Source: Deltaproteobacteria bacterium
GTDB lineage: Bacteria; Myxococcota; JACRCW01
Length of the DNA stretch: 52,140 bases
NCBI GenBank assembly: GCA_016218805.1
Contig: JACRCW010000101.1
Location: forward strand, 1 to 52,140
Direction: 5' to 3'
How positions within the stretch are numbered: position 1 is the stretch's first letter; each line of letters starts with the position of its first letter. The position numbers and the translations under genes were made by a program. Under the pieces are notes generated by a model that saw nothing but the letters and a program-made list of their open reading frames with translations, ran no database searches and was not told the DNA's origin. Below, in pieces: positions 16,081 to 26,383 of the stretch.

Positions 16081-17469
16081 ATGGGGCACGCCGCGCATTT
16101 CCTGGAACGGCTGGAGCGCGCTTCAGCGGCGGAGGCGGATGACGCGTTGGCGCTGTACCGGGATGTCCCCGGGTTGGCGTTCATGGTGTTCCGCTGCCTG
16201 CCGGACCTGGCGGCCGAGGCGCGGGTGGCGCTGTCACTGAATGCGGCGGACAAGGGCCCGCACCTGGTGGTGACGCGCGAAGGGCAGTTTGTGACCTGCC
16301 TGGGGCGGGGGATGGCGCCGCGGGGGTTGCCGGTGGTGAACCACCAGGCGTTGACGGCGGCGCGCGCGGAGCTGGCGGAGCAGCGCCGCCGCATGCAGCT
16401 TGCGCGGGAGCTGGCCGGCAGCGAGGACCTCAAGGGGTTGTGGCAGCGGCTTCTGGCCAAGGCGGAGGCGGTGTCGCGGGAGGAGTTCCTGGCCGTGGCG
16501 GCGCTGCAACCGTTGCTCAAGAAGCGCTTGTTGGTGTCGCACCTGCGCATTGCGGATGACCTGGCGGAGGCCCGGGAGTTGCTCAAGAAGGTGCAGCGGC
16601 CCACGGCGGCGCAGGCCAAGCACCTGCGGGCGTTCTGGCAGTCCGCGTGGTTCATGGGGGACCAGCTGGTGCTGGGGTGCCTGGACGGGCGGCGCGGGCT
16701 CACGCAGGAGTTGATCCGCGTCCTGTCCGCGGAGGGGTACCTTGCGTGGGGCGTGTTCCGCCAGGGCGAACAGGTGCTGGCCCTGCGCGCACTGTGGGCG
16801 ATGGGGCGGTGGGGCAAGCCGCTGCTGGAGGGGCTGACCGCGATGTTCAGCAAGGCCAGTACGCTGTTGAGTTGGATGTATTCGGCGTGCGGGCTGCTGA
16901 TGATTGCGCTGCGCTACCCGCAGTACCGGCGGCGCATCACGGACCTGGTCACGGCGTCCCGCCCACCGGATATCCTGCTGGACCACCTGGGCAAGGCCGC
17001 AGGGGCGTTTGCGAAGATCCTGGTGAAGTACCGCACCAGCCCGGAGGACCTGACGGACCTCAGCCTGCAGTGGTGGCGGCGCGAATACGTGCGCTTCCAG
17101 GACAAGGTGCACAGCCCGGCGCATCTGAGGTTTGCGACGGCCGCGGAGGTGCCGGAGGACCTGGCTCTGACGTGGGGCGCCAACCAGGAGGCGGACCTGA
17201 TGAATGACCCGGCCGCGCCAGTGGCGCTGTTGATGTGGTTGCCGTGGCTGGCCCGGGTGGAGGCGCAGGAGTTGTACCTGCCGGCGGAGGTGGCAGCCGT
17301 GTGGCGGACCCCGTGGCGCCCGGAGCGCGCACTGGCGTGGGTGCAGCGGTACGAGGACCACTACGGGCCGCGGCAACCCGTCACGGTGGCCGCGGTCCCC
17401 GGGCGCAACGCGCCATGCACCTGCGGGAGCGGCAAGAAGTACAAGCGCTGCTGCGGCGCCGCGGCGTAG
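16081..17469 (+). CDS. SEC-C motif protein, paralog B
   Basis: SD GGGAGGA before the ATG at 16081; GPHLVVTREGQFVTCLGRGM; C-terminal PGRNAPCTCGSGKKYKRCC. Confidence 0.9.
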   Translation: MGHAAHFLERLERASAAEADDALALYRDVPGLAFMVFRCLPDLAAEARVALSLNAADKGPHLVVTREGQFVTCLGRGMAPRGLPVVNHQALTAARAELAEQRRRMQLARELAGSEDLKGLWQRLLAKAEAVSREEFLAVAALQPLLKKRLLVSHLRIADDLAEARELLKKVQRPTAAQAKHLRAFWQSAWFMGDQLVLGCLDGRRGLTQELIRVLSAEGYLAWGVFRQGEQVLALRALWAMGRWGKPLLEGLTAMFSKASTLLSWMYSACGLLMIALRYPQYRRRITDLVTASRPPDILLDHLGKAAGAFAKILVKYRTSPEDLTDLSLQWWRREYVRFQDKVHSPAHLRFATAAEVPEDLALTWGANQEADLMNDPAAPVALLMWLPWLARVEAQELYLPAEVAAVWRTPWRPERALAWVQRYEDHYGPRQPVTVAAVPGRNAPCTCGSGKKYKRCCGAAA

Positions 17470-17517
17470 GCCGCCACCCGTTGCGTGCGGCCGCGGGTCT
17501 GCAGCAGAAGGCGCTCC

Positions 17518-18540
17518 ATGCCTTCCAAAACCATGCAGCGGGACCTGTTTGCCCCGCCCCCCGCCCTGGAGCTCAGCCCGGAGTCCCGCCGGTTGGCCAC
17601 GCTCCAGCAGGAACACGACAAGCTGCTGCGCCGGGTGCAGGAGACCGGCGAGACGGCCGCGAAGCTGCGGCGCGAGATGTCCGAGGGCATGGAGGATGTG
17701 GTGCGCGTGCTGGAGTCTCGGATGGTGGCGGTGCACGGGCTGCAGGAGGAGTTGCGGGCCGTGATGGACGCCCTGGCGGCGGACGGGCGGCGCAGCCGGC
17801 GCGCGCGCACGGCCATCCGGGAGGCGCGGGTCTACCTGGAGCGGGAAGGCTTCCTGAGCGAGGTGAGCGTCCGGGCCGGGCCGGGGGCGGACCCGCCGGA
17901 ACGCGAGCCGTACGCCCTGGAGGAGGAGGAGCAGGACGAGCCGGAGCAGGTGTCCGCGGAGCGGCCGGTGAACCGCGCTGAGATCAAGGGGGTGTTCCGG
18001 CGTCTGGCGGCGGCGGTGCACCCGGACCGCGCGCAGGATGATGAGACGCGCGCCCGCCACACGGCGGCCATGAAGGAGGTCACGGCGGCGTACCATGACG
18101 GGGACTTTGCGCGGCTGCTGGAACTGGAGAAGGCGCTGGGAGTGGGGTTGCCGCAGGGCGGGCAGGACCCGCAGGCGCGCGTGGCGGCGCTGGAGCGCCT
18201 CAACAAGGAGCTGCGCCGGCAACTGCGGATCCTGCAGACGGAGGTCCGCCGGACGCGCCGCACGCCGGAATACGCGGCGCTGCGGGAGGCCCGGACGCCG
18301 GCGGGCCGCGCCAGAATGCAGCAGGAGGCTGACGCCGAGGTGAAGCAGATGCGCACGCTGGTGGAGTTTGTCACCGCGTTCCGGGACGGGAAGATTTCCG
18401 TGGCGCAGTTTGAGGCGGGGCCGGCGGCCGACGCGGCGAGCGTGGCGGAGAGCCTGGATGCGTTTGCGCGGGAGATGGAGGCGATGTTCGCCGCCGAGAA
18501 GCCGTCCCCGCGGCCGCGCAAGAAGAAGGGACGGCGGTAG
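17518..18540 (+). CDS. Coiled-coil protein with an internal J-domain (HPD motif)
   Basis: EIKGVFRRLAAAVHPDRA...AMKEVTAAY is a J-domain helix II-HPD-helix III, flanked by coiled coils. Confidence 0.85.
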   Translation: MPSKTMQRDLFAPPPALELSPESRRLATLQQEHDKLLRRVQETGETAAKLRREMSEGMEDVVRVLESRMVAVHGLQEELRAVMDALAADGRRSRRARTAIREARVYLEREGFLSEVSVRAGPGADPPEREPYALEEEEQDEPEQVSAERPVNRAEIKGVFRRLAAAVHPDRAQDDETRARHTAAMKEVTAAYHDGDFARLLELEKALGVGLPQGGQDPQARVAALERLNKELRRQLRILQTEVRRTRRTPEYAALREARTPAGRARMQQEADAEVKQMRTLVEFVTAFRDGKISVAQFEAGPAADAASVAESLDAFAREMEAMFAAEKPSPRPRKKKGRR

Positions 18541-18558
18541 GGCGCCGCGGCGTGGCAG

Positions 18559-19086
18559 TCAGGGGCGCCACAGGTCCTGGACCGGCACGCTCCAGCCCGC
18601 CGCCAGCCGGGATTCCATCCGGTCACCCACAGTGACCATCTGCGTCAGGGACGTGCTCAGTTCCACGCAGCGGAGGTGCGGGTCCACCATCCAGTATTCG
18701 CGGACGCCGGCGCGCATGTACATGAGCCGCTTGGCCATCCGGTCATACGCGCGGTTGGCGGAGAGTATCTCCACCACCAGTTCAGGAATCTGCTGCAGGG
18801 GTTGGGCGTCACCCGGATGGCTCAGGAACAGCGCCAGGTCTGGCTGCAGGACGGTGTCCTCGCCAAAGAGCACGTCAATGGGCGCGTACACCGCCCACGC
18901 CGGCGGGTGGGCCACCGCCCACGCGTCCAGCGTCCTGAACAACCGAACGGATACCTGCTGGTGCCTTGGGTGGGGCGCTGGCGCCAGCACGACTTCCCCC
19001 TCGACGAGCTCAACGTGCGCCATGGACTCCGGAAGCGCCAGGAACTCAGCCAGGTTCACATACGCCTTCTGGGACACGGTCAACAT
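18559..19086 (-). CDS. Uma2 family (PD-(D/E)XK) putative restriction endonuclease
   Basis: ELVEGEV..PAP...HQ, LQPDL, PELVVEILS, KRLMYMRAGVREYWMVDP. Confidence 0.92.
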   Translation of the reverse strand: MLTVSQKAYVNLAEFLALPESMAHVELVEGEVVLAPAPHPRHQQVSVRLFRTLDAWAVAHPPAWAVYAPIDVLFGEDTVLQPDLALFLSHPGDAQPLQQIPELVVEILSANRAYDRMAKRLMYMRAGVREYWMVDPHLRCVELSTSLTQMVTVGDRMESRLAAGWSVPVQDLWRP

Positions 19087-19129
19087 GACGTCAGTGTGCC
19101 CGTGGCGCGCGCGTGGCTCAATCCAGGAA

Positions 19130-19150
19130 GTGTCTCAATATCTGAGACAC
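19130..19150. promoter_or_regulatory. Perfect 8-bp inverted repeat GTGTCTCA-N5-TGAGACAC (operator or hairpin)
   Basis: An AT-rich palindrome in the 73-bp gap between the transporter stop and the Uma2 start. Confidence 0.5.
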
Positions 19151-19159
19151 CTCGGCGGC

Positions 19160-19867
19160 CTATGCGCCCAGCCGGAACGGCGAGAAATCCGTCTCCCAGT
19201 CGAAGTAGTCCTCGTGCTCACGCGCCTTGAGGAACGCCACCACGCGGTAGGTCACCGGCGTCATCAGCGCCTCCCACGCGCACTTGAGCGCGTAGTTGGT
19301 GAGCATCACCTGCAGCACCAGCGCGCTCTCCCACACGCCCAGAAATGCCAGCGGGTAGAAGATGAGGCTGTCCACCGCTTCGCCCACCACCGTGGAGCCG
19401 ATGGTCCGCAGCCACAGCCGCCGGCCCCCGGTGCGCAGCTTCATCTTGGCCAGCACAAAGCTGTTGGCGAATTCGCCACAGAAGTAGGCCAGCAGGGAGG
19501 CCGCCACCACGCGCGGCGTATTGCCAAACACCCCCTCCAGCGCCGCCTGCCCGCCGAACCCCGGCGCCGGCGGCAGCCCCACCACGACGGCGGACATCAC
19601 CGCGGCAAACACCAGCGCGCCGAAGCCGGCCCACACCACGCGGCGGGAGCGCGCGTAGCCGTACACCTCCGTGAGGATGTCACCAAACACGTAGGACAGC
19701 GGGAAGAACAGGATCCCCGCGCCAAAGGTGAACCCGCCCAGCGCCGCCACCTTGGCCGGTCCAATGAGGTTGGCGCACAGCAGGATCACCACAAACGCCA
19801 CCATCACAAAGTCAAAATACCGGTACTGCCGCGCAGCGGCGGGGGGAGGCAGGGTGGTTGGGGCCAT
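19160..19867 (-). CDS. yhhQ: Queuosine precursor transporter (VUT/YhhQ family)
   Basis: FFPLSYVFGDILTEVYGYARSRRVVWAGF, ASLLAYFCGEFANS, LWLRTIGSTVVGEAVDS; multiple TM segments. Confidence 0.9.
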   Translation of the reverse strand: MAPTTLPPPAAARQYRYFDFVMVAFVVILLCANLIGPAKVAALGGFTFGAGILFFPLSYVFGDILTEVYGYARSRRVVWAGFGALVFAAVMSAVVVGLPPAPGFGGQAALEGVFGNTPRVVAASLLAYFCGEFANSFVLAKMKLRTGGRRLWLRTIGSTVVGEAVDSLIFYPLAFLGVWESALVLQVMLTNYALKCAWEALMTPVTYRVVAFLKAREHEDYFDWETDFSPFRLGA

Positions 19868-19949
19868 GGACGCCCCACGTAGCGGAGCCGGCGTGGCGGC
19901 GCAGGCACCCCGGGTGCCGTGCCCCGGGGATGGTGGTAGGACACCGGGC

Positions 19950-21416
<1,467 letters not shown>

Positions 21417-21425
21417 GGAGCAGAC

Positions 21426-22817
21426 GTGCTGGCGACCCTGGAGTCGGTCTTGGATGGAGCGGGCTTCCTGGAGCTGCGCATGCATGAGCGCCGCGCGCTG
21501 CGCATCCACGTGGAGGAGGGCCGGGTGGACGCCGCCATGGGGACGCACCAGGCGGGGGTGGGGGTGCGCGCGCTGGTGGACGGGGCGTGGGGGTTTGCGG
21601 CCAGTGCGGACCTGTCCCCGGCGGCGCTGCGGGACGCGGTGCGCCGGGCGCGCGCGGCGGCTGCCGCCACCGCGCCGCACCGCGCGGCCAAGGTGGGCGC
21701 GCTGGGGAGCGCCGGCCTGGCGCGCGGGTACAGCGTGGGCACACCGGCGCGCGGCCCGGTGAGTGCGGTGCCGGTGGAAGCCAAGGTGGAGCTGTGCCTG
21801 CGCACGTGGGAGCGCGTGCGGCACGCACACGCGCACATGCGCGGCGCGGAGGTGGGCTGGCTGGAGCTGAATGATGAGAAGTGGATTGTCACCAGTGACG
21901 GTGTGCGCGCCCACGTGGTGGATGTGAAGCCGGAGTTCCGGGTCAGCGCGGTGGCGGGGTTTGAGGGGGAGCTGCAGACGGCGCAGGAGGCGGTGGGCAA
22001 GACGGGCGGGATGGGGGACCTGTTCCACGCGGAAAGCGCGGAGGAACTGGCGGACAAGGCCGCGCGCACCGCGGTGGACCTGCTGCGCGCGGGCTACCCG
22101 GCGGCGGGCAACCGGCGCGTGGTCCTGGCCCCGGACGTGGTGGGACTGCTCATCCACGAGGCCATTGGCCACACGGTGGAGGCGGACTTTGTCCTGTCCG
22201 GGTCCGCGGCGGCGGGGCGGTTGGGCCAGCTGGTGGCCAGCCCCCTGGTGAACCTGGCGGACAGCGGGGACAGCCCCTACGAGCCCGGCGCGGGCGGCTG
22301 CGTCCCGGTGGACGACGAGGGGATCATCGCCCGGCGCGCGGACATCATCCGGGAGGGCCGCCTGGTGGGTTACCTGCACAACCGGGAGACGGCGGAGAAG
22401 TTTGGCGTGGCGCCCACGGGGAACGCGCGCGCGTACGAGTACGACAACACGCCGCTCATCCGCATGCGCAACACGTACCTGGAGCCCGGGCGGCAGACGC
22501 TGCCGGAGCTGCTGGACGGCGTGGAGGACGGTTACCTGTTGGCCGGCGCGCGCAACGGGCAGGCGGATGCCAACGCGGAGTTCATGTTTGCCGTGCAGGA
22601 AGTCTATCCGGTGAAGAAAGGGAAGCTGGGCTCCCTGCTGCGCGGGTGCACCATGACGGGGAACGCGTTTGACGTGCTGCGCAGCGTGGACGGGCTGGGG
22701 GACCAGTTCAGCTGGCGGCTGGGGAGCGGGTTCTGCGGCAAGGGGCAGCCGGCCAAGGTGGACGCGGGCGGGCCGCACCTGCGCTGCCAGGTCCTGCTGG
22801 GCGGCCGCGAATCCTGA
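21426..22817 (+). CDS. tldD: TldD/PmbA family metalloprotease (TldD type)
   Basis: GVGVRALVDGAWGFA, HEAIGH, DDEG, PTGNARA, IRMRNTY and C-terminal CGKGQ. SD GAGGAG before the GTG. Confidence 0.92.
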   Translation: MLATLESVLDGAGFLELRMHERRALRIHVEEGRVDAAMGTHQAGVGVRALVDGAWGFAASADLSPAALRDAVRRARAAAAATAPHRAAKVGALGSAGLARGYSVGTPARGPVSAVPVEAKVELCLRTWERVRHAHAHMRGAEVGWLELNDEKWIVTSDGVRAHVVDVKPEFRVSAVAGFEGELQTAQEAVGKTGGMGDLFHAESAEELADKAARTAVDLLRAGYPAAGNRRVVLAPDVVGLLIHEAIGHTVEADFVLSGSAAAGRLGQLVASPLVNLADSGDSPYEPGAGGCVPVDDEGIIARRADIIREGRLVGYLHNRETAEKFGVAPTGNARAYEYDNTPLIRMRNTYLEPGRQTLPELLDGVEDGYLLAGARNGQADANAEFMFAVQEVYPVKKGKLGSLLRGCTMTGNAFDVLRSVDGLGDQFSWRLGSGFCGKGQPAKVDAGGPHLRCQVLLGGRES

Positions 22818-22823
22818 CTCGAC

Positions 22824-25118
22824 TCAGCCCAGCTCCCGCAGGGCGGCCGCGGCCACGCGCGCATTGACCACGGACAGCAGGCGCTCACGCGAGAAGGGCT
22901 TCTCCAGCACGCGGTCCCTGAACGCCGCCAGCGGCGGGGCGTCCTCCGGGGCCACCGGGCCGCCGCTCATGAACACCACGCGCTCGGCCAGCACGGGGTC
23001 CTTCTCCAGCAGGCGGCGGTGCAGCTGCAGGCCGCTCATGCCGGGCATCAGCAGGTCGCACAGGATGGCGTCGTAGGCGGTGACGTCCAGGGCCAGCGCC
23101 TCCGCGCCACTGGCGGCAATGTCCACCACCATGTCCGTGAGCATGCGGCGCAGGCCGTTGCGGAACATGGGCTCGTCATCAATGACCAGCAGGTGCCAGG
23201 CGGGCGCGGCCGCATGGGCCGGGCGCTCCCCCGTGGCGGGGGCGGCCTGCTCCCGCGCCACGGGCAGGGTCACGGTGAACACGCTGCCCGTCCCCGGCGC
23301 GCTGCGCACCGCCAGGGTCCCGCCGCGCGCCGTCACAATGCCGTGGCACACCGACAGACCCAGCCCCGTGCCGCGCCCCACCGCGCGCGTGGTGAAGAAC
23401 GGGTCGAAGATGCGCTCGCGGTCCTCGTCCGCGATCCCCGCCCCGTTGTCCTCCACCTCCACCACAATGCTGGCGCCCGCCTGCCGGGTGCGGACGGACA
23501 CCCGCCCGGGGCGGCCGGTGCCTTCGCACGCGTGGGCGGCGTTGATGACCAGGTTGAGGACGGCCTGGGCCAGGAGGGCTTCGCCGCCCCGGGCCATGGG
23601 GACGGGTGCCAGGTCCGTGACAATCTCCGCGCGCTGGCGCAGCTCCACGGCCGCCATGCGCAGCGCCTGTTCCACGGCGGCGTGCACATCCGCGGGGCCC
23701 TCATCCGAATCATCCGTCCGGGCAAACGCCTTGAGGTCCCGCACAATGTCACGCACGCGGCGGACGCCCGCGGACATGTCCCGCACCGCGTCCCCCAGCT
23801 GCGCCAGGCCCTCATCACCGGCCCGCGTTGCCAGCGCGGCCTCCAGCGCCTCCAGGTTGGACTGGATGAACCCCAACGGGTTGTTGATCTCATGCGCCAC
23901 GCCGGCGGAGAGCGTGCCAATGGCCGCCAGGCGGTCCGCGGTCATCAGGCGCTCGTGCAGGACCTGGCGCTCCGTGAGGTCCCGCGCCAGCATGACCGTC
24001 ACCGGTGCGCCGTCCAGGACCACCACCACCGCGCTGATCTCCACCTGGGCCGCCGGGCCGCCGGTGCGGCGCAGGCGTGCGGGCGTGGGCGGCAGCGAGG
24101 CGCCCGCCTGCGCGGGCATGCGCAGCCAGGGCGGTTCCGCGGCGTCCGCGCGGCTCATGAGCAGGGAGGCCACCGGCGTGCCCTCCACCGGGTCCGCGCG
24201 GCCAATGAGCCGGCGCGCCGCCTGGTTGGCCAGCAGCACGCATCCGTCCCGGTGGGCAATCACGGCGTCCGGCAGCGCTTCCAGCAGCGCTTTGAGCGAC
24301 GCCTGGCTGCGCTGCAGGTCCTCCAGCGCGCCCGTGGTCCGCGCCAGCGTGGTGGCCAGCAGCGCGTTGGTATCCGCCAGTTCGCGCGTGCGTGCGGTGA
24401 CCGCGCCGGCCAGGTCACGCCGGAGCCGGTTGTACCGGACGGAGACCAGGAAGCTGGTCCCCGTCCCGATGATCAACATGACGTAGTCCGTCAGGTGCAC
24501 GGAGGTGACCAGCTGCGCCAGCATGGCGGTGTCATTGAGCGCCATCAGCACGGTGACCAGCAGGCCCCCGGCCAGCAGGCGGCGGTCTGAGGTGGGCAGG
24601 CTGGGCGAGCGCCACAGCGACTGCACGCACCACCCCAGCAGGCACAGCCCGTAGAGGGAGAACAGCGGCAGTGCGGGCCCGGGCCGGGCTGCCAGGTAGC
24701 GGACCCCGGAACTCTCCAGGCGCACGTAGGTCTCCGGCAGGACAAACCACGCCGTACGCCACAGCAGCCCCACCGCCACAATGTTGCCGCCCACCAGGGC
24801 CACCCACGTGCTGCCGGCCAGCGGGCGCCCGGCCAGCTCCGTGGTGATGGCCAGCGCGGTCAGCCCCGCGGCGTACGCCACGGCCAGCGTCACGCGCGTG
24901 CAGGTGTGCGCCGTGGCGGGGTCATCCGTGGCGTGCTGCACCACCAGGCTCCACAGGTGCACCACCGCAATGCCAAACCAGACGGTGATGTACAGGTGGA
25001 GCCGGTCATCACGTTTGCCCAGCCACAGCGCCGCGTGCTGCAGCAGCAGGTACACCGCCACCGCAAGCCCCATGGCCAGGGGGACCGCGGACGGGTGGCG
25101 GAGCAGGTCCACGCCCAT
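22824..25118 (-). CDS. Hybrid sensor histidine kinase (multi-TM N-terminus, PAS, HisKA, HATPase, REC)
   Basis: AGVAHEINNPL, NLVINAAHA, VEDNGAGI, FDPFFTT, GTGLGL; REC with IDDEP, CDLLMP and EKPF. Confidence 0.95.
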   Translation of the reverse strand: MGVDLLRHPSAVPLAMGLAVAVYLLLQHAALWLGKRDDRLHLYITVWFGIAVVHLWSLVVQHATDDPATAHTCTRVTLAVAYAAGLTALAITTELAGRPLAGSTWVALVGGNIVAVGLLWRTAWFVLPETYVRLESSGVRYLAARPGPALPLFSLYGLCLLGWCVQSLWRSPSLPTSDRRLLAGGLLVTVLMALNDTAMLAQLVTSVHLTDYVMLIIGTGTSFLVSVRYNRLRRDLAGAVTARTRELADTNALLATTLARTTGALEDLQRSQASLKALLEALPDAVIAHRDGCVLLANQAARRLIGRADPVEGTPVASLLMSRADAAEPPWLRMPAQAGASLPPTPARLRRTGGPAAQVEISAVVVVLDGAPVTVMLARDLTERQVLHERLMTADRLAAIGTLSAGVAHEINNPLGFIQSNLEALEAALATRAGDEGLAQLGDAVRDMSAGVRRVRDIVRDLKAFARTDDSDEGPADVHAAVEQALRMAAVELRQRAEIVTDLAPVPMARGGEALLAQAVLNLVINAAHACEGTGRPGRVSVRTRQAGASIVVEVEDNGAGIADEDRERIFDPFFTTRAVGRGTGLGLSVCHGIVTARGGTLAVRSAPGTGSVFTVTLPVAREQAAPATGERPAHAAAPAWHLLVIDDEPMFRNGLRRMLTDMVVDIAASGAEALALDVTAYDAILCDLLMPGMSGLQLHRRLLEKDPVLAERVVFMSGGPVAPEDAPPLAAFRDRVLEKPFSRERLLSVVNARVAAAALRELG

Positions 25119-25150
25119 TGGTCGTCAGGTGGAGGCGCGGCGGGGGGCGG

Positions 25151-26200
25151 TCAGTCCCGGCCCTGGCGCTTGAGTCCCCACTCCGCCAGCTTGCGGCGGA
25201 TGGTGTTGTGGGACAGCCCGGTGGCCTTCTCCATGTCCTTGTTGGACATGGTGGCGTAATGCTTCTGGATGAACGTGTTGGCGTCCTCCACGGACATGGC
25301 GCCCTTGCGCGGCGTGGTGCTCTTGGCGGAGGCCTTGCCGGGCAGAATGGTGGGCGCCTTCTGCGGGAGGACGGACTTGCCGCGCGGCGGCGGCGGCGGC
25401 TGGGTCTTCCCCTTGGGCGGCGGCGTGCTCTTGCCGGTGGCCTTGTGCGGCACCTGCGTCTTGCCCGGCGGCGCCTTGCTGGGCGCCTTGGAGGGCGGCA
25501 ACGTCTTGCCCTTCTGCGGGAGCACGCTCTTGAGGTCCTTGCCGCGCGGCGGCAGTGGCCCGTCCAGCGGCCGGGTCCCGTCATCCGCGGGGGATGGCAC
25601 CCGGCTCTTGTTCCCCTTCTTGGCGCTCTCATCAGGCAGCGTGGGGATGGCGTCCTTGGGCTTGGCGGCGGCCTTGCCCTTGGACTTGTCCTTGCGGTCC
25701 TCGTCCACGCCGGCCGGGTTCTCCAGGCCGGGGATGGCGTCGTGCCGGACCAGGCCCAGGCGGTTGAGGTGGCCCTGCACCTCGGTCTCCGTCAGGCCCA
25801 GCTGGGTGGCCAGCTCCGCCGCCGTCTTCCCGCGGTGGTTCTCGCGCAGGTAGGCTTCCACGTCGGGACGGCGCCCGTACTCGCGCTCGCCGCCGCGGAC
25901 AAACTGGATGCAAAGGTAGCCCGGCACGCTGCGCTTGACCCGTCCAAACTTCCCCTCCGCCGGCTCAAACAGCAGCGTCCCGATCTCATAGACCTTGTTG
26001 GGGTCCACCGGGCGGCCCTTGGCGCGCTTCACACGGCTGTAGCTCTCCTCCAGCGTGGCGCGCCGCCACTCCATGCTGGGTTCGGCTTGGACTTCCTCTT
26101 CGTCGTCGTCCTGCGCCTCGTCGTAGAGCCCGGTGCTGTCCGCCAGGCTCTCCAACTCCTCAAGTTGCTTGTTGAAGACGGTGGTGTTGACGTCGACCAC
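25151..26200 (-). CDS. Hypothetical protein with two HTH-like motifs joined by a Lys/Pro-rich linker
   Basis: YLRENHRGKTAAELATQLGL...LNRLGL and FIQKHYATMSNKDMEKATGLSHNTIRRKLAEWGL. SD GGAGG before the GTG. Confidence 0.8.
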   Translation of the reverse strand: MVDVNTTVFNKQLEELESLADSTGLYDEAQDDDEEEVQAEPSMEWRRATLEESYSRVKRAKGRPVDPNKVYEIGTLLFEPAEGKFGRVKRSVPGYLCIQFVRGGEREYGRRPDVEAYLRENHRGKTAAELATQLGLTETEVQGHLNRLGLVRHDAIPGLENPAGVDEDRKDKSKGKAAAKPKDAIPTLPDESAKKGNKSRVPSPADDGTRPLDGPLPPRGKDLKSVLPQKGKTLPPSKAPSKAPPGKTQVPHKATGKSTPPPKGKTQPPPPPRGKSVLPQKAPTILPGKASAKSTTPRKGAMSVEDANTFIQKHYATMSNKDMEKATGLSHNTIRRKLAEWGLKRQGRD

Positions 26201-26383
26201 GTGCAGCCTCCGCGTGCGCCCCTCCGCCCCGGGGGTTCCCGGTTACGGCGGAAGTGGCGGTATCCACTGGAAAAACGCCCCGCGCGCGCGGGGGGACGCA
26301 GGCGGATAGAGGACGCCCTGCCCGCCGTCAAGCACCGGGCGCAGCGAGGGTGGGTGCCGTCCTACGCGTGGCCCATGCCGGCG

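Noticed and set aside
15809..16240. ORFs across the 43-bp array (15603..15959, 15651..15974, 15809..16240)
   Set aside because: The 43-bp period is not a multiple of 3, so the translations are frame-rotating repeats, and they overlap real genes.
19868..19949. preQ1 riboswitch upstream of the queuosine precursor transporter
   Set aside because: The short GC-rich gap has no GGTTC...CCC stem with an A-rich tail.
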